The notes: generated by a model not told the origin, from the letters alone. 63,592 bases of DNA, filler included, from Choristocarpus tenellus KU-1152 (GCA_964200185.2; 12 parts of 12 records of this genome joined end to end with filler, not necessarily neighbours in it), one strand, 5' to 3'; counted from the first letter of the whole stretch, positions 1 through 11,705 are shown. Numbers and translations are program-made.

Positions 1-990
1 TATCCCCCGATCACGACAAAGAGCGCCGAAAGCACCCTCATAAAATTCCCCCCCATTATCAGACCGCACACACATGACCCGAGAGGGAGTACCATCAGCC
101 CGGATATCGGCCAGGTACTTCTTGAAGGCTTCGGCAGCATCCGACTTTGCACGAAGGAAATACAACCAAACAAAACGAGAATAATCGTCCCGAATTATCA
201 TGGTGTATTGCTTACCACCGATTGAAAGGGTAGCCCTCTTCCCACTTAAGTCGACAAAAACCCGATCCAGCTTTCTTACCGCCCTTGTAGACGTGCTGGA
301 CCGAACGCCCTTCCGTATGCCCTTGCTCATAGAGCAGCCCGCACATGGCTCCAGCTCACCCACCAATGTAATGCCCATTGAAGTGGCGGTGGACTTGAGC
401 AATGTCTCGTGTGCGTGGCCATAAGAGCGGTGGAAGAGGTTAATGTCGACGTTGGTGTGGGGAGCGTGGGGTGCAAGCGAGGGGGCTATAGTGGCCTTTA
501 AAGCAAGTTCAGCATTTCGATTTAGTCGCGGCAATATGCGTTGACCATGGAGGGTGTAGTGGCAACCAGGATCCCTTGTGAAGTTCAGTACTCCATCTAA
601 TAATGAGAATGAGCTGGCTGTAAAAATGCCTTTTGCACCCTTGTCAGCTGCTGCTTGGCAAGAGAAAAGGTTGAATCCAAGATGAGGGACATGGGCGACA
701 TTCTGAAGGAGTATTTCTACCTCCTTGTTGTCACGTGAAGGAAACAAGATGGTTAGATCACCATGACCAGCGATGCTAAAGGAATTTTGGCTGGCAGTGA
801 CTACCCTTTCATTTCCAATGCAAGGCTTGTAATTAGTCATGTGAGTTATCATATTGGTTACATGACATGAAGCCGCACTGTCCAAAATCCATTCTTCCCT
901 CTCGCGGCCAACCCCAACACTTGACACCAAACATTCATTTTCCCCACACTTGCCTGGAGCATTGCTGCTCGAAGAGTCCCCAGTGGCGAT
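1..990 (-). mobile_element. Ty1/Copia pol fragment (protease, GAG-pre-integrase, integrase core), open frame running off the window start
   Basis: Manual translation of the minus strand 990->1 has no stops (about 330 codons). It contains WILDSAASCHVT (Copia protease), VAHVPHLGFNLFS, FHRSYGHAH...CAGC (pre-integrase HHCC), VFVDLSG, IRDDYSRF and RSDNGGEF (rve core). It is missing from the ORF track because it has no stop codon inside the window. Confidence 0.95.
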
Positions 991-3734
991 CAGTAGTGCA
1001 TATCGCTCCTCGTCGCCACAGCTGGTGATACTTTCCACAGTAATGTGGGAAGGATTCGCCTAGTCACTGACTGCTCTGCACTGACTTGGCTCTTCAAGAG
1101 TCGTGAACTTAGCCCCAAGCTCCACAGGTGGGCCCTCCGTCTTATATACCATGATATAGAACTGAAGTGGGAAGCAGACTCGAAACACCAACTACCGGAT
1201 GGACTGTTACGACTCTCCACACCAACAGGATCAGGTTTGGATATCGACGATTCTTTTCTTGATGATTCGTCAGTAGCTTGCAGCAAGAACTACGCTGGAC
1301 CACGAGGACCAGTCCTAGATGGTGTGTATGTTTGCAGGATTTAGGTACATCAGACCTAAACCCAGGTCACCCCACACTGTCCCCTGCTCTATCTGTGCGT
1401 TGGTAGAATCAGAACTAGAGTATGCTCCCTCCTTCCATGATGAACCGAGTCTAGGTGTAGCACAAATGTTACTGCAGGGAACAGTTGATACCAAACTCTC
1501 AGGAATACTGTCAGCTCTGCAAGATTGCCACACGGGACCTGATAATCGAGACTTGAGCGTTCAAGGTTGGTTACCACTCAGTAGTTCCCAGGATCAAAAT
1601 ATGCCAGTGTGTAAACCCCCTCCCTCTGGTTGGATGACCCCATATAAAATACCTAGTGTAGACCCGACACACACCCCACAGCAACTCCTTCCCCCACTTA
1701 ACGCCTCTAACACTTTTGGTTGGCAACCTGTAGACTCTACCTTCGAAGACAAGATAGAAACGAAAGGAAAAGCAGGAGAAGAGAAGCCACCTAACAAGAA
1801 AAGGCGCACAAGTACACCAAGGCCAAAGAACAAGAAGGGCAGTGACAGAATAGTTCGAATGAGAGAGGTGGTTCAACACCATCCCACTCTCAAGAGAGCA
1901 ATTGCTACTCTATTGGACGTGCCAGAGCTAGTGGAGAGGCAGAAGAAAGACCCCTTCTTGGGCAGCGTACGGGGTGTACTCGAAGGCCAAGAACACTGGA
2001 AGTCGTCACTCGAATGGGGAAAAGGGAGTATAGATGTGGATTCATATTCCCTAGATGATAAAGAGTTACTCTGGTACACCCCTGGAGAGTATGCACCTAG
2101 GCTAGCAGTTCCTCGTTCACTATTGTCAGACATCATAGCACTAGTTCACCAGCAGACTAGTCATCAGGGAGTTGGACGTACAGTAGCCCTAACTCGTCGA
2201 TACTTCTTTTGGCCCTCACTCCACAAAGACACGCAGGATAATGTGTTATTCCTGTGGCTGTCGCAGACAAAAGAGGACCAGGAGCGCACAAGTGGCAATA
2301 CTGCCAGCCAAGTTCCTGGCACCATGGGATGTACTCGAGATGGATCTACAAGATGTAGGACACATCTCAGCAAAAGGCAACAAGTATCTATTAATTGTGA
2401 TTGATAGAGCTTCGAGATTTCCTTTTGAATTCCCAATGGCGTCAAAGGAAGCAACTGGAGTAGCAACAAGCATGTTATAATTATGTCTTACATTTGGGAT
2501 TCCTCTGTCAATTCGTAGTGATACAGGAGGGGAGTTCACAGGAGCATAATGAAGCACCTTGGCCGTTGGTTGAAGGTCCCTATCAATTATGGACCGACTG
2601 GCAACTTGAGAGGACAAGGGGGAGTGGAAAAGATGGGAAGTCTGCTTTTAGAAGTCCTGTCGGAACTATGTGTGAAGTGGCCAGATAGATGGGATGAGTA
2701 TGTATCTCCGGCATGTTGGGCACAACGCACTACCCCAGATCGCTCTGACCCTCTCAACCCCTACCCCTTCCGAGTCTTGTTTGGCCGTGACCCCGCACAC
2801 AGCTAGATGCCGTCATACCGAAGTTGGATGGGGACATAGAGGTTGGAGGATTGGATTCCTTCATCGAGCAACGTAGACAGAACTTCAAGGAGGTACGAGA
2901 AGTCCTGGAGAGAAGGATGTCCGCTAGGCAGAGACAGAGAGAGAGAGAGCCAATGCTTTGATTACTAGGTCTTCCCCAGGACTCGGATCCAAACCAGGTG
3001 ACCTAGTCCTAGTGAAAGAAGCAGACAGCTCTATTCATGGAGAAAAATTAGGTGAAACGAGAGTAGGCAGAAAGCTAGTTCATGAAAGATGGACAGGACC
3101 ATGGACTGCGAAGGAAATATCACATCAAAGTAGTAACATGACAGTAGAGCTGCTAGGCAGGCAAACTCGCACTCGTACTGTTCATTCTTCTTATGCAAAA
3201 CCATTCCACGTACGGCCCACCCATCTAAGACATAGCTTCGAAGAGGAGTATGCTCAACTAGTGTGGGAGTTGGACCTAGGCTTGTCAGAGCTATATGTGC
3301 TAGCAACCCCTACGTACACTCGTATAGACAGGAAAGCAATATTGTCGCCATCCAATGTATGGCACTGGGAGTACAGGGGAAAGTACCAGAATGGAGAATC
3401 GTCAGATTGGATTACCGAGAAAGAGGCTATGGATAGCTTCACCCCACTACAGTTAGATGTTTTTCATGCCCTATGGGACCTCTATAATCCAGACACGAGC
3501 CCACGTCCTACTGACACCTCTCGCCAAGGAAAACCCTTGTCTAGAGAGGATGCATTACGCCTTTTCCCCACAGGTACCACTGTCAAGAAGTCATGGAAAG
3601 ACGAGAATGGAAAGGATAAGTGGTACACAGGTACAGTTTTTGACTTCAAGTCACCCTACTGGAGGGTACGGTTTAATGATGGAGATTGGAAGGAAATGAA
3701 CAAAAGTAAAATGAATCGTTTCTCCCGAACATAA
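990..3734 (+). pseudogene. Ty3/Gypsy pol 3' half (RNase H, integrase with C-terminal chromo-like and Tudor-like modules), frameshifted
   Basis: LVTDCSALTWLF...KLHRWALRL (RNase H end); HQQTSHQGV...FFWPSL...CGC (integrase Zn finger); PWDVLEMDL, LIVIDRASRF, IRSDTGGEF, GGVEK (core); WTGPW (GPY/F-like); then chromo-like and Tudor-like segments. Several frameshifts and stops. Confidence 0.92.
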
Positions 3735-4826
3735 TCCAACAGATAACCACTACGCATCCAGAAGGCAAAGTACGTGAGGACTAAACGATTCATAGTCCGA
3801 CGTTGATGTTATGGCCTGTTTTACGCACTAGCAGTAGTCAGTATGCCTAGTGCTGGGGCCATGAGGCAGGCAATAATCAGATGATACTGGGCACTCTAGG
3901 AAAGCTACACTTTAGAGAGAATGAATTTATCCTCAGAATTAGGCTAGGCGCAGACAGATTTCCCCAAGTAAGATAGGGATACATGTTTAGGCCTAGTAGG
4001 AGTTGGGCATATTTTTTTGCTCTTCCTTCTCCCTACTACAAGATAATTTGAGGCAATTGATGATGTCTATTGTCTTCACCAGTGACAATCGCTTGTAGCA
4101 AACGTTTTTATATAGGATACATTTTTCTTTTGTTTCATTTGTTTTTTTTCATTTTTTTCATTTTTTATTCTGAAGTCCCAACCCAAAAAAGAACAGGTAT
4201 ATTTAGATTAGGCAGACACAATTTGAATAAGAGTACGTCCTATGGACCTTGTGGATAGGCTCTTTTTAAAAAAGAATTGTGGAGATGAATCACATTTATG
4301 ATTAAGGCGATCGGAACTGCCCATTGATTCTAGGCCATGTCAGAGATGTATGTTCTGCAACTTTTGAAGATATTTCAGAAAGAGCAAGTATATGCTCAGA
4401 CTAGCCGAGATGCAAACTATGTTCTGTGCCTCTTGGGATAAATTATCTCAAGAAAAACATGGATATGTGTTGATCGATTCTGGACCTAGTTTAAGTTATA
4501 TATTTTTAATAAAAAAATATACACTGATAACCTCAGACATTTAGTGATTCTGACTGTGTCTTAAGACTTTTTGAGGAAATATTCTCAAAAAAGAAACTGG
4601 GAGATAGGTCAATCATTTGTTGGAAATATCTGGTTAATTTGGAACCGAGGTCTTTGTGTTGGAAACAACTGACAAGTTTGGAACTGGAGCCCCTCTTTTG
4701 TTTGATGGCAACCAACTCATGCTGCTACAGCGTAATCTGAGGTGATAGGTGATATCTATTGTCTTAACCGGTGACAATCGCTGTGGTAAACCTGAAACAT
4801 TTATACCTAGTTCACGCTGGGGGGCA
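3735..4826 (+). mobile_element. Gypsy 3' non-coding region ending in a G-rich polypurine tract (4819-4824)
   Basis: Homologous in reverse to about 18811-19410. A ~45-bp block is duplicated at about 4061-4102 and 4750-4791. GGGGGG-CA directly precedes TGTTACA. Confidence 0.75.
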
Positions 4827-5181
4827 TGTTACAGGCGAATAGCGCGAGTATTTATTCCCGCGCTTTAACCAGCCCAAGCAGTATACGCGCGTGGACAACC
4901 CCAAAAGGGGGAACTCCGATTTGCCAAAGGGTTGCAGAATAGAATATGTAACTCGGGTAGTTGCAGAGGGTCACAGATGGACAGGTCGCAAAGGGTTCTC
5001 AGATATATTCCAATATTTGTAAACCAGAATAAGCCCCAATGATAAATGATGATTAGAGATCCTAAAAACGGCCCCAAACGGCTCAGTTCTTCTAACCCCC
5101 AGATACTTTGACCCTGACGTGCGTTAATCTGTGAATTGGATTTGAGTTGTACATCCTGTGGAGGTGAGCTTTGAGGGGCAC
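4827..5181 (+). mobile_element. Gypsy 3' LTR (subtype A), truncated by the contig end
   Basis: Starts TGTTACAGGCGAATAGCGCGAG after the PPT; homologous to 21779-22211 (minus). It ends just short of the GCTGTAACA terminus seen in other copies. Confidence 0.85.
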
Positions 5182-5281
5182 NNNNNNNNNNNNNNNNNNN
5201 NNNNNNNNNNNNNNNNNNNNNNNNNTTAATTAATTAANNNNNNNNNNNNNNNNNNNNNNNNNNNNNNNNNNNNNNNNNNNN
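5182..5281. other. Artificial contig spacer N44-TTAATTAATTAA-N44 (also 11207-11306, 15943-16042, 19782-19881, 25903-26002, 29586-29685, 33780-33879, 45073-45172, 54367-54466, 57068-57167, 60729-60828)
   Basis: Identical 100-nt linker repeated 11 times. TTAATTAATTAA places stop codons in all six frames. Confidence 0.98.
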
Positions 5282-6006
5282 ACCATCCCCCCCCAGATAC
5301 TTTGAGCCCAGACACAGTTTGGGTTGGGGTAAATGAAACTACCTAATGATGTCTCGTCCTCATTGTTTCATTATTCAAGTGGACTAGGGGTTCTTGTCGA
5401 GAACGTGCTTTTATTCATGTGTCTCAAAGTAGATCATGTAAGAAACAATTTAAGGATGGAAGAGATCACGGTTGTGTTCTGAAGAATAGAAGATAGGTAT
5501 GGGTTAAAAGAACTCGAACATGGAAGAGTTCAGGCATAAGAAACATTATAGCAATTAATCTGTGACTAGTGAATAGGGATCCACAGAACAGGATTGATTT
5601 GGTGGCAAGGACATTGGTCTTGAAAGCTCACTCCTCCTTTGGTCTTCCTTACTTCACCTACAACCTGTCCAACCCATTAAGGAATTAATCAAGCAATTTA
5701 TAAACACAAGTCTTGGGAACATCAGCTTATTTTTTAACAGTTCTTGAACTGCTGTTGAGTTGCTCAACTTTCCTGTGGCAGATACCAAAAAAAAAAAGTA
5801 TCCCAAGCGTACATCGCCAATGTCTTTCACAACAACAGTACACAGCAACATCTATGCCATCTAGACAGTATAGGGCCATCATATGTCGGCTGTTATACTG
5901 CATGATTCTATCGTGCTTCTCAAACCAGAGCATTTCTCCAATAATACTGTTTTATGGAAGTAGGGCAGTGCCACTTTTGGGCAGGGAAGTGCTTTCCTGA
6001 CAGAAT

Positions 6007-6278
6007 GAGCCAAAACATGTAAGAGGGTAGGACCACGTCTATTCGGGATCATAAATCCAATATTGCAATTTTGATGTAATTTTGACTATTGTGTTTGTTA
6101 GCAAGTGTATCAATATCCTTGCTCAAAACACGCCTTTCATAGTCGTACACATAACGTTTTAGGAAACTGCGTTCAAACAAAAAAAGGAAAAAGGAAAAAA
6201 AACCAACATGGGAAGCCAAGACCCAAACGGACAAACAGGGCAAAACTCGTTTGTACCCTCTATAGGATACTTTGACCC
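6007..6278 (-). mobile_element. MITE family 1 copy (TSD GAAT)
   Basis: GAGCCAAAACAT...GATACTTTGACCC termini; GAAT at 6003-6006 and 6279-6282; body matches other copies. Confidence 0.85.
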
Positions 6279-6318
6279 GAATTGGTTCTACTTGACAATG
6301 AGATTGACACACTATAGG

Positions 6319-6573
6319 GAGACAAAGTTTTTTAGAGGGTAGAGCCGCGTCCATTTGGGGGTCAAAATCCAATGTTGTGATTTTGATGTAATGGCTATCG
6401 TGTTTGTTAGGGAGTGTCAATATCTATGTTTCAAACACACCTTTTCATAACGTATACATTTTACCTACTCCTACACATTTTGGAGTAGGAAAGTGTAATA
6501 AAACCCCCCGTAGGATCCAAGCCCCAAATGGACAAACAGGGCAAAACTCATACCCTCTAAGATACTTTCACTC
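6319..6573 (-). mobile_element. MITE family 1 copy (3-bp TSD AGG)
   Basis: GAGACAAAG...GATACTTTCACTC; AGG on both sides. Confidence 0.88.
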
Positions 6574-6860
6574 AGGCTCATAGTATCCAAGAGGGGGGGT
6601 GTTTTGCTCAGGTTGTGTATTCGAGTCTTGATGGGGTGCTGTAAGATACCCCATTTTGATGCTCGTTTTGTGGGTGATTTTGATTCAGATTTGGTCCAGG
6701 CAAAGGGTGGAAAAGCAAGGTGCACCCAGATGAAAGAAATTGCCCTTACATCTGACATGTTCAGTCAATTTACAAGAAAATCACTACAGATTCACAAAGG
6801 CATGAATGAACACCTGACTCCCCCCTCTAGAATGCAATAGACCTAATTTGATGTGACTAA

Positions 6861-6884
6861 GGTTAGGGTTAGGGTTAGGGTTAG
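6861..6884 (+). repeat. Interstitial (TTAGGG)n tract
   Basis: GGTTAGGGTTAGGGTTAGGGTTAG. Confidence 0.9.
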
Positions 6885-7002
6885 ACTCTGTCATGATCTG
6901 TCTTATATTCATCTCCACACCTCACACCATGCCCTTATCACTCTTGCAGTCAGCCCAGCAGCTTGTTGGTCGATGAATACTTCATACCTAGATCAACATC
7001 CC

Positions 7003-7273
7003 AAGTGAAAGTATCTTAGGGTTAGGGTACGAGTTTGGCCCTGTTTGTCCATTTGAGGCTTGGTTTCCCATGTTTTTTTTATGACATTTTATCTACTCTG
7101 AAATATTTTGGAGCAGATGAAATGTATATGTTATGAAAAGGTGTGTCCGGAACAAGGATATTGACTTCCTAACAAACATGGTAGCCAAAATTTCATCAAA
7201 ATTGCAACATTGGGTTTTGACCCCCAAACGGACGTGGCTCTACCCCAACCCTAACCCTAAGATATTTTGGCTC
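7003..7273 (+). mobile_element. MITE family 1 copy (TSD TCCC) with TTAGGG-phase insertions in both TIRs
   Basis: AAGTGAAAGTATC...GATATTTTGGCTC; TCCC at 6999-7002 and 7274-7277; TTAGGGTTAGGG at 7016-7027 and CCCCAACCCTAACCCTAA at 7243-7260. Confidence 0.9.
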
Positions 7274-8739
7274 TCCCACAGGGGAGGGGGGTGAAAATAC
7301 GTTCTGAGGACTCCTGGGACCCTAAAGCTTCACTGGGGGGAATTGTCCATACAACTGGAAGCTTTGTTGCTGGTTTGGTGCCCATGCTACTAGTGCTACT
7401 GAAAAAAGAGGACTGGTGTGAGCATCTCCTAAATTGAAGCCTCACTATCCCTGTACCAAATTTGAAGAAGATGAGTCACATCCCTTGTACCCAATTAAAG
7501 AAGATGAGGGTTGAACATCGGCTGCGTTTATCAGAGTTTTTAATCAGGTGCTCTTCTTGTGGTTCACTCACCAACTACGATCGTGTATTTTCTACTAAAC
7601 TCTCACAGCAACAGGAAAACTACCCTACACCTCAAATGTCAGTATTCACTCACTAGGAAGGGATTGGTAGCACTCAATCTGACTGAGAGCTCTAGTTTGA
7701 CATGACTATGACTGAGCAGTAGGTTCAACAAGGTGTATAACCACAAAAAAAATGGTCTCTTGATAAATCAACGTCAATATCAGACCTCAGCACCCACCCT
7801 CTTTCATTAATCCACGTCACTCTGTACCAATGGGACAGTTGTGTTAAGTGCTCTTTAAAATCACTTTGCCATACTCTGTGTTTGAAATCCAATTACCAGA
7901 ATATTTAAAACCACCTGATTGACCTTGCATATTGACTTTTTTTCCCTTAAAGCTTGGTTGAAGTGCTGACTAAGTGTTGACAAACAGATCCAGAAGGAAT
8001 GGAAGGCCATCCCACAACAATATTGGGCACATCCTCATGGCCAACATCATACATCTCTCCCCACTACCACCTCCTACAGTCTCATAAAACTTATGCTGAG
8101 TAGGTCGGCATTACAGACCCACGCCTTGTTCTATTCCACTACCCAATTTCCCTTCTATTTGAACCTGCTTCAACTTGACCACGTCTTGTGAAGTTCCCCA
8201 CCATTCACAGTTGGTCATACGCTCTAGAAACTTCAGATTTCCTCTGGAGCATGTCACTATCCTGACCTCTTCTAACTGGATATGAGGTACTCATCAAATC
8301 AAGGACAATCTTTAACCAGCAGCCCAAGCTGACCAGCAATAGGTTTCAGGACAGACTTTATCTTGTGCTGCTGATTAAACTGCACTACCAGGGTCTATAA
8401 TTTTCCGTCCATTTTCTATGCCCCAACCGGAGCACGAGATCTTTGTCTGCAGATAGCCTGCCTTGTATCAAATTTCTACTGTCTGCTTGACCAAGCCCAA
8501 ATTTCTAGGAGAGCTATTTGGCATGCATCCTCCCGCCTTAGGATAGACAAAAGACTGGGTATGAGTGGCTTGAAAGTTTAGAAATATATCTTGAGACAGA
8601 TTTAAACAGAAAAGTCTCTTCTTCCCCTTCGACCCTCTAAAGTGCAAAGCACTCTTTGCTCAACGTTTTGCATCCCTCTCAGAGGTTGGTGAGCATGAAA
8701 ACTGGTACAGAACATGTTTTTCTGTGACGCCACATGCAG

Positions 8740-10100
8740 TTTTGTCAGGGCAGCATGCTAGAATGCTTAGGGTTAGCTGTGGGTTGATATATATTGATAC
8801 GTCAGTACACTGCACTTTCCGCAGTATTTTTCCACAACATAGTGTATATCACCGGAGGGATCTCTAGCTCCCGCCACTCAACAGTCAAGGTTGCTCTGGT
8901 CTTTATGTTACAGCATGCTCCAAATACTGCTCACTATACTGAGCTAGTGCAGCTAGTCCTGCTGTACTCCGTGTACTTATTGGAGATGGCATGCATGGAA
9001 TTGACTTCCACCCATCCAACATGATATCCTCCACATTTGATACAACTGTATGTTGGTCATGCCCCTTCTTTCGACCATTAATATGCCTCTTATCGACTGA
9101 GCCTTGATACAGAGTAGACTTACGGAGCTCTAGGTCTGAGGCATATTTGACAGAAGCGGGAAATATTTGCAATAGAGTCGTAGAAGAGACGAAATTTAGC
9201 AGGTAATACTCCGTGTTTGTGTTCCTAACTGGTGTGCCTCTTTTCGTGTTTTCCTCTATACGTCTAGCTTCGAAAGTACTCACCTCGATAAACTCATGCA
9301 TGGTGAGCTCCCTCCCGCTTGGCTCATCCGATGTGAAGAAGATGCGTTTTAACTGAAGAGAAAAAGAACGAAGTACCAACATTAAGGTGAGTGCTCAACA
9401 CAGCCACAAAGAGTATAGACTTTGACTCTGACTATACAAGTATTTTCAAGGTAGTAGTCAAACCACCCATGAAGGAGGACGTTTGCAAACGCATGGGGAA
9501 GCGTGTGCAGCGAGTGGGCTACCTTAATAACATATGTGTCAACATGTTACTGCCTAATCGATCGAAGCAAAGCACCACAACAGTTCCAGCAACCTACTAA
9601 GCTACATATAATAGAATACGAATGGACACCAGGGATATTTCTAATCACTGCCTGATATATCAACTTATCGGGTGTCACTCTAATGGCTACACCCCTCTTA
9701 GCATCAGGAGCACCTGTTTAAGCTTGTCGAGGTCGAGCTGATCGTGGATATTGAGCGACACATCGGCACGATGAGTCGGTATGTCTTGTTCATCTGTTTC
9801 TTGTTTGGTGTCGCTTAGCTCCAGATCATGATCGGTGGACTGGGACTTGGACGAGGCAGACGACTTCAAACTGACAAAACTTTCAAGGTCTGAACCAGAC
9901 CTTAGCTCGGTGGATGAGGTGTTAAGGGCGAGGTGTGAGAGGGTGCGTCGATGGAGATATACTCCAGCGACCTGTCAATTGTATACAAGTTCAGCTGACG
10001 GTCGTGCGACAAGTCAACCTTGAACTTGGAAGCAAAAAACTCCTCCGATCGAATCGAGTTTTTTCGTCTACTTCTATAAACAAGTGCAGTCTATGTCCGC
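8740..10100 (-). pseudogene. Decayed intronless coding region, possibly the N-terminal half of a DNA transposase (Sola-like?)
   Basis: Collinear minus-strand ORF pieces (9687-9869, a CWNCC...LLHGWFDYY...LCGC segment, 8903-9382 and a downstream Cys-rich piece) with stops and frameshifts. No catalytic motif recognised. Confidence 0.3.
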
Positions 10101-11134
10101 CCCTCCCATCGCTGTAACAAACGCGTCAACAACAGCAACTAGGACATACTATCTATCAAGTGTGATACGGATCGGCCGAGGGCGTGTCTGTATCTCAACC
10201 CTATGTGTTCGCGCCAGTGGATAGTTCTTGGACTTACTGGGAATTGCTCATGGTGGGCTCCTCTTGCTGTTTCAACTAGGAGTGTCAACTAACCAACACT
10301 CAGGTTTCAGATTGTCGACATATGTAAAAGTGCAGTTATTAATAGTACTCGTTTACTTTTTACAAGGTGTCGTTTTATCTTATACTATACTGTTTCCTGG
10401 TTGCTGATTGGGCACATATATTTTATTCATTCCGCACTGATCAACTCCTCTCTACACTACCCTCATGCCTCTCAATCTCCTGGTGCTCTACCCTTCGCTA
10501 CCGGTAGTAGTAGTCGCACCCATAGGCTACCTGTGCACTCACCATGTATGTGTGAGGATGTACTATGTTAGATACAAATGACAACTCCCCACTACCAAGG
10601 CAGCAACAGATGATACCTCAATTGTTTGGTATGGAAGAGAAAAAAGTTGAACGGGATATGGACTGTATTACCAACGTTACAACTGGTACCTCGGTTGTTT
10701 AGTAGGAAAGAGGGAAAAGGTGAATAGGATGTCGACCGTAAGGTCAACCACTATATTACCACCTCTACTTCTATTTTATAGTACAGTGCATATTTACCAC
10801 CTTATTCATCCAACTCAAATGAGATGTTCTTTGTTGTCTTAAAAGGACATACCTCACACCTGCACATAATAACAGGAGACCATTATGAACATCACATATA
10901 TTCTACTACTACTGCAACCGGTATTAATACACTGCAACAAGGGCAGGTCACCCACCCTGCCCTATATGGGTCACAGGTGACACCACAGCAGATTCTTTTG
11001 CTTGGGAGGAAAAATAAGTTCCTCACTTTCCCCGAATTATTCAAAACAATTGCTGCGGAAATTGAAAAGACACTAAATTGTACTACATACTTACTGTTGT
11101 AGTCTTTGGGTAGTGTACCTGAATCACACCAACA

Positions 11135-11206
11135 GAGCCTTAAAGTATCTGGGGGGGGGGGGTGGCGGCTGTCCATTTGGGGTCTATTTTTCCATGTCGC
11201 GAGTTT
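11135..11206 (+). mobile_element. MITE family 2 (poly-G TIR) end at a contig break; similar ends at 5096-5114, 5287-5309, 19558-19740, 29404-29545, 29733-29756, 54467-54491, 60573-60728
   Basis: Shared GRG/GGGTCAAAGTATCT-G-run terminus or its reverse complement; bodies match the complete copy at 17211-17394 or each other. Confidence 0.75.
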
Positions 11207-11311
11207 NNNNNNNNNNNNNNNNNNNNNNNNNNNNNNNNNNNNNNNNNNNNTTAATTAATTAANNNNNNNNNNNNNNNNNNNNNNNNNNNNNNNNNNNNNN
11301 NNNNNNGAAAA

Positions 11312-11346
<35 letters not shown>

Positions 11347-11432
11347 AAAAAAAAAAAAAAAGAGAAAGAAAAAAGGAAGAGGCAGGAGGAGGGATAGGGA
11401 CTGAAAAGTTGAAACATCACATCGTCACATAC

Positions 11433-11648
11433 CGTGTACAGGGTGCCCACCCCCTCCTCCGTTGCACATCTCCTAAGGGCATCGAAGACATTGTTATAGT
11501 TCCGCCTCTCCGCCGTCGGTTTCATAGAGTCCGACTGCATCCTCACGAGAGCAACGTCAAAGGGGGTCCCAATGCACACCGCTATCGCCCCTGATCCCAT
11601 CCCACTCAAGGTCTTCATCCAGAACGGTATTTCTTTTGCCTTGTTGAC
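11433..11648 (-). CDS. Mitochondrial carrier (2-oxoglutarate/malate, OGC/DTC-like), exon 3; gene continues beyond the contig
   Basis: CAG|...|GTATGT, phase 0, 72 aa: VNKAKEIPFWMKTLSGMGSGAIAVCIGTPFDVALVRMQSD...EEGVGTLYT. Second Px[DE]xx[KR]-type signature; VRMQxD is typical of OGC/DTC carriers. Confidence 0.93.
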
Positions 11649-11667
11649 CTGTTGCCAGGGGCGGGTG

Positions 11668-11705
11668 GTTTTGGTTTTGGTTTTGGTTTTGGTTTTGGTT
11701 TTGAT
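11668..11705. repeat. (GGTTTT)n microsatellite in an intron
   Basis: Direct inspection. Confidence 0.9.

Noticed and set aside
5226-5237. Recurring TTAATTAATTAA palindrome as a biological motif
   Set aside because: Always centred in identical N-runs; it is an artificial six-frame-stop linker.
6861-6884. True chromosome end
   Set aside because: Short internal tract with ordinary sequence on both sides.
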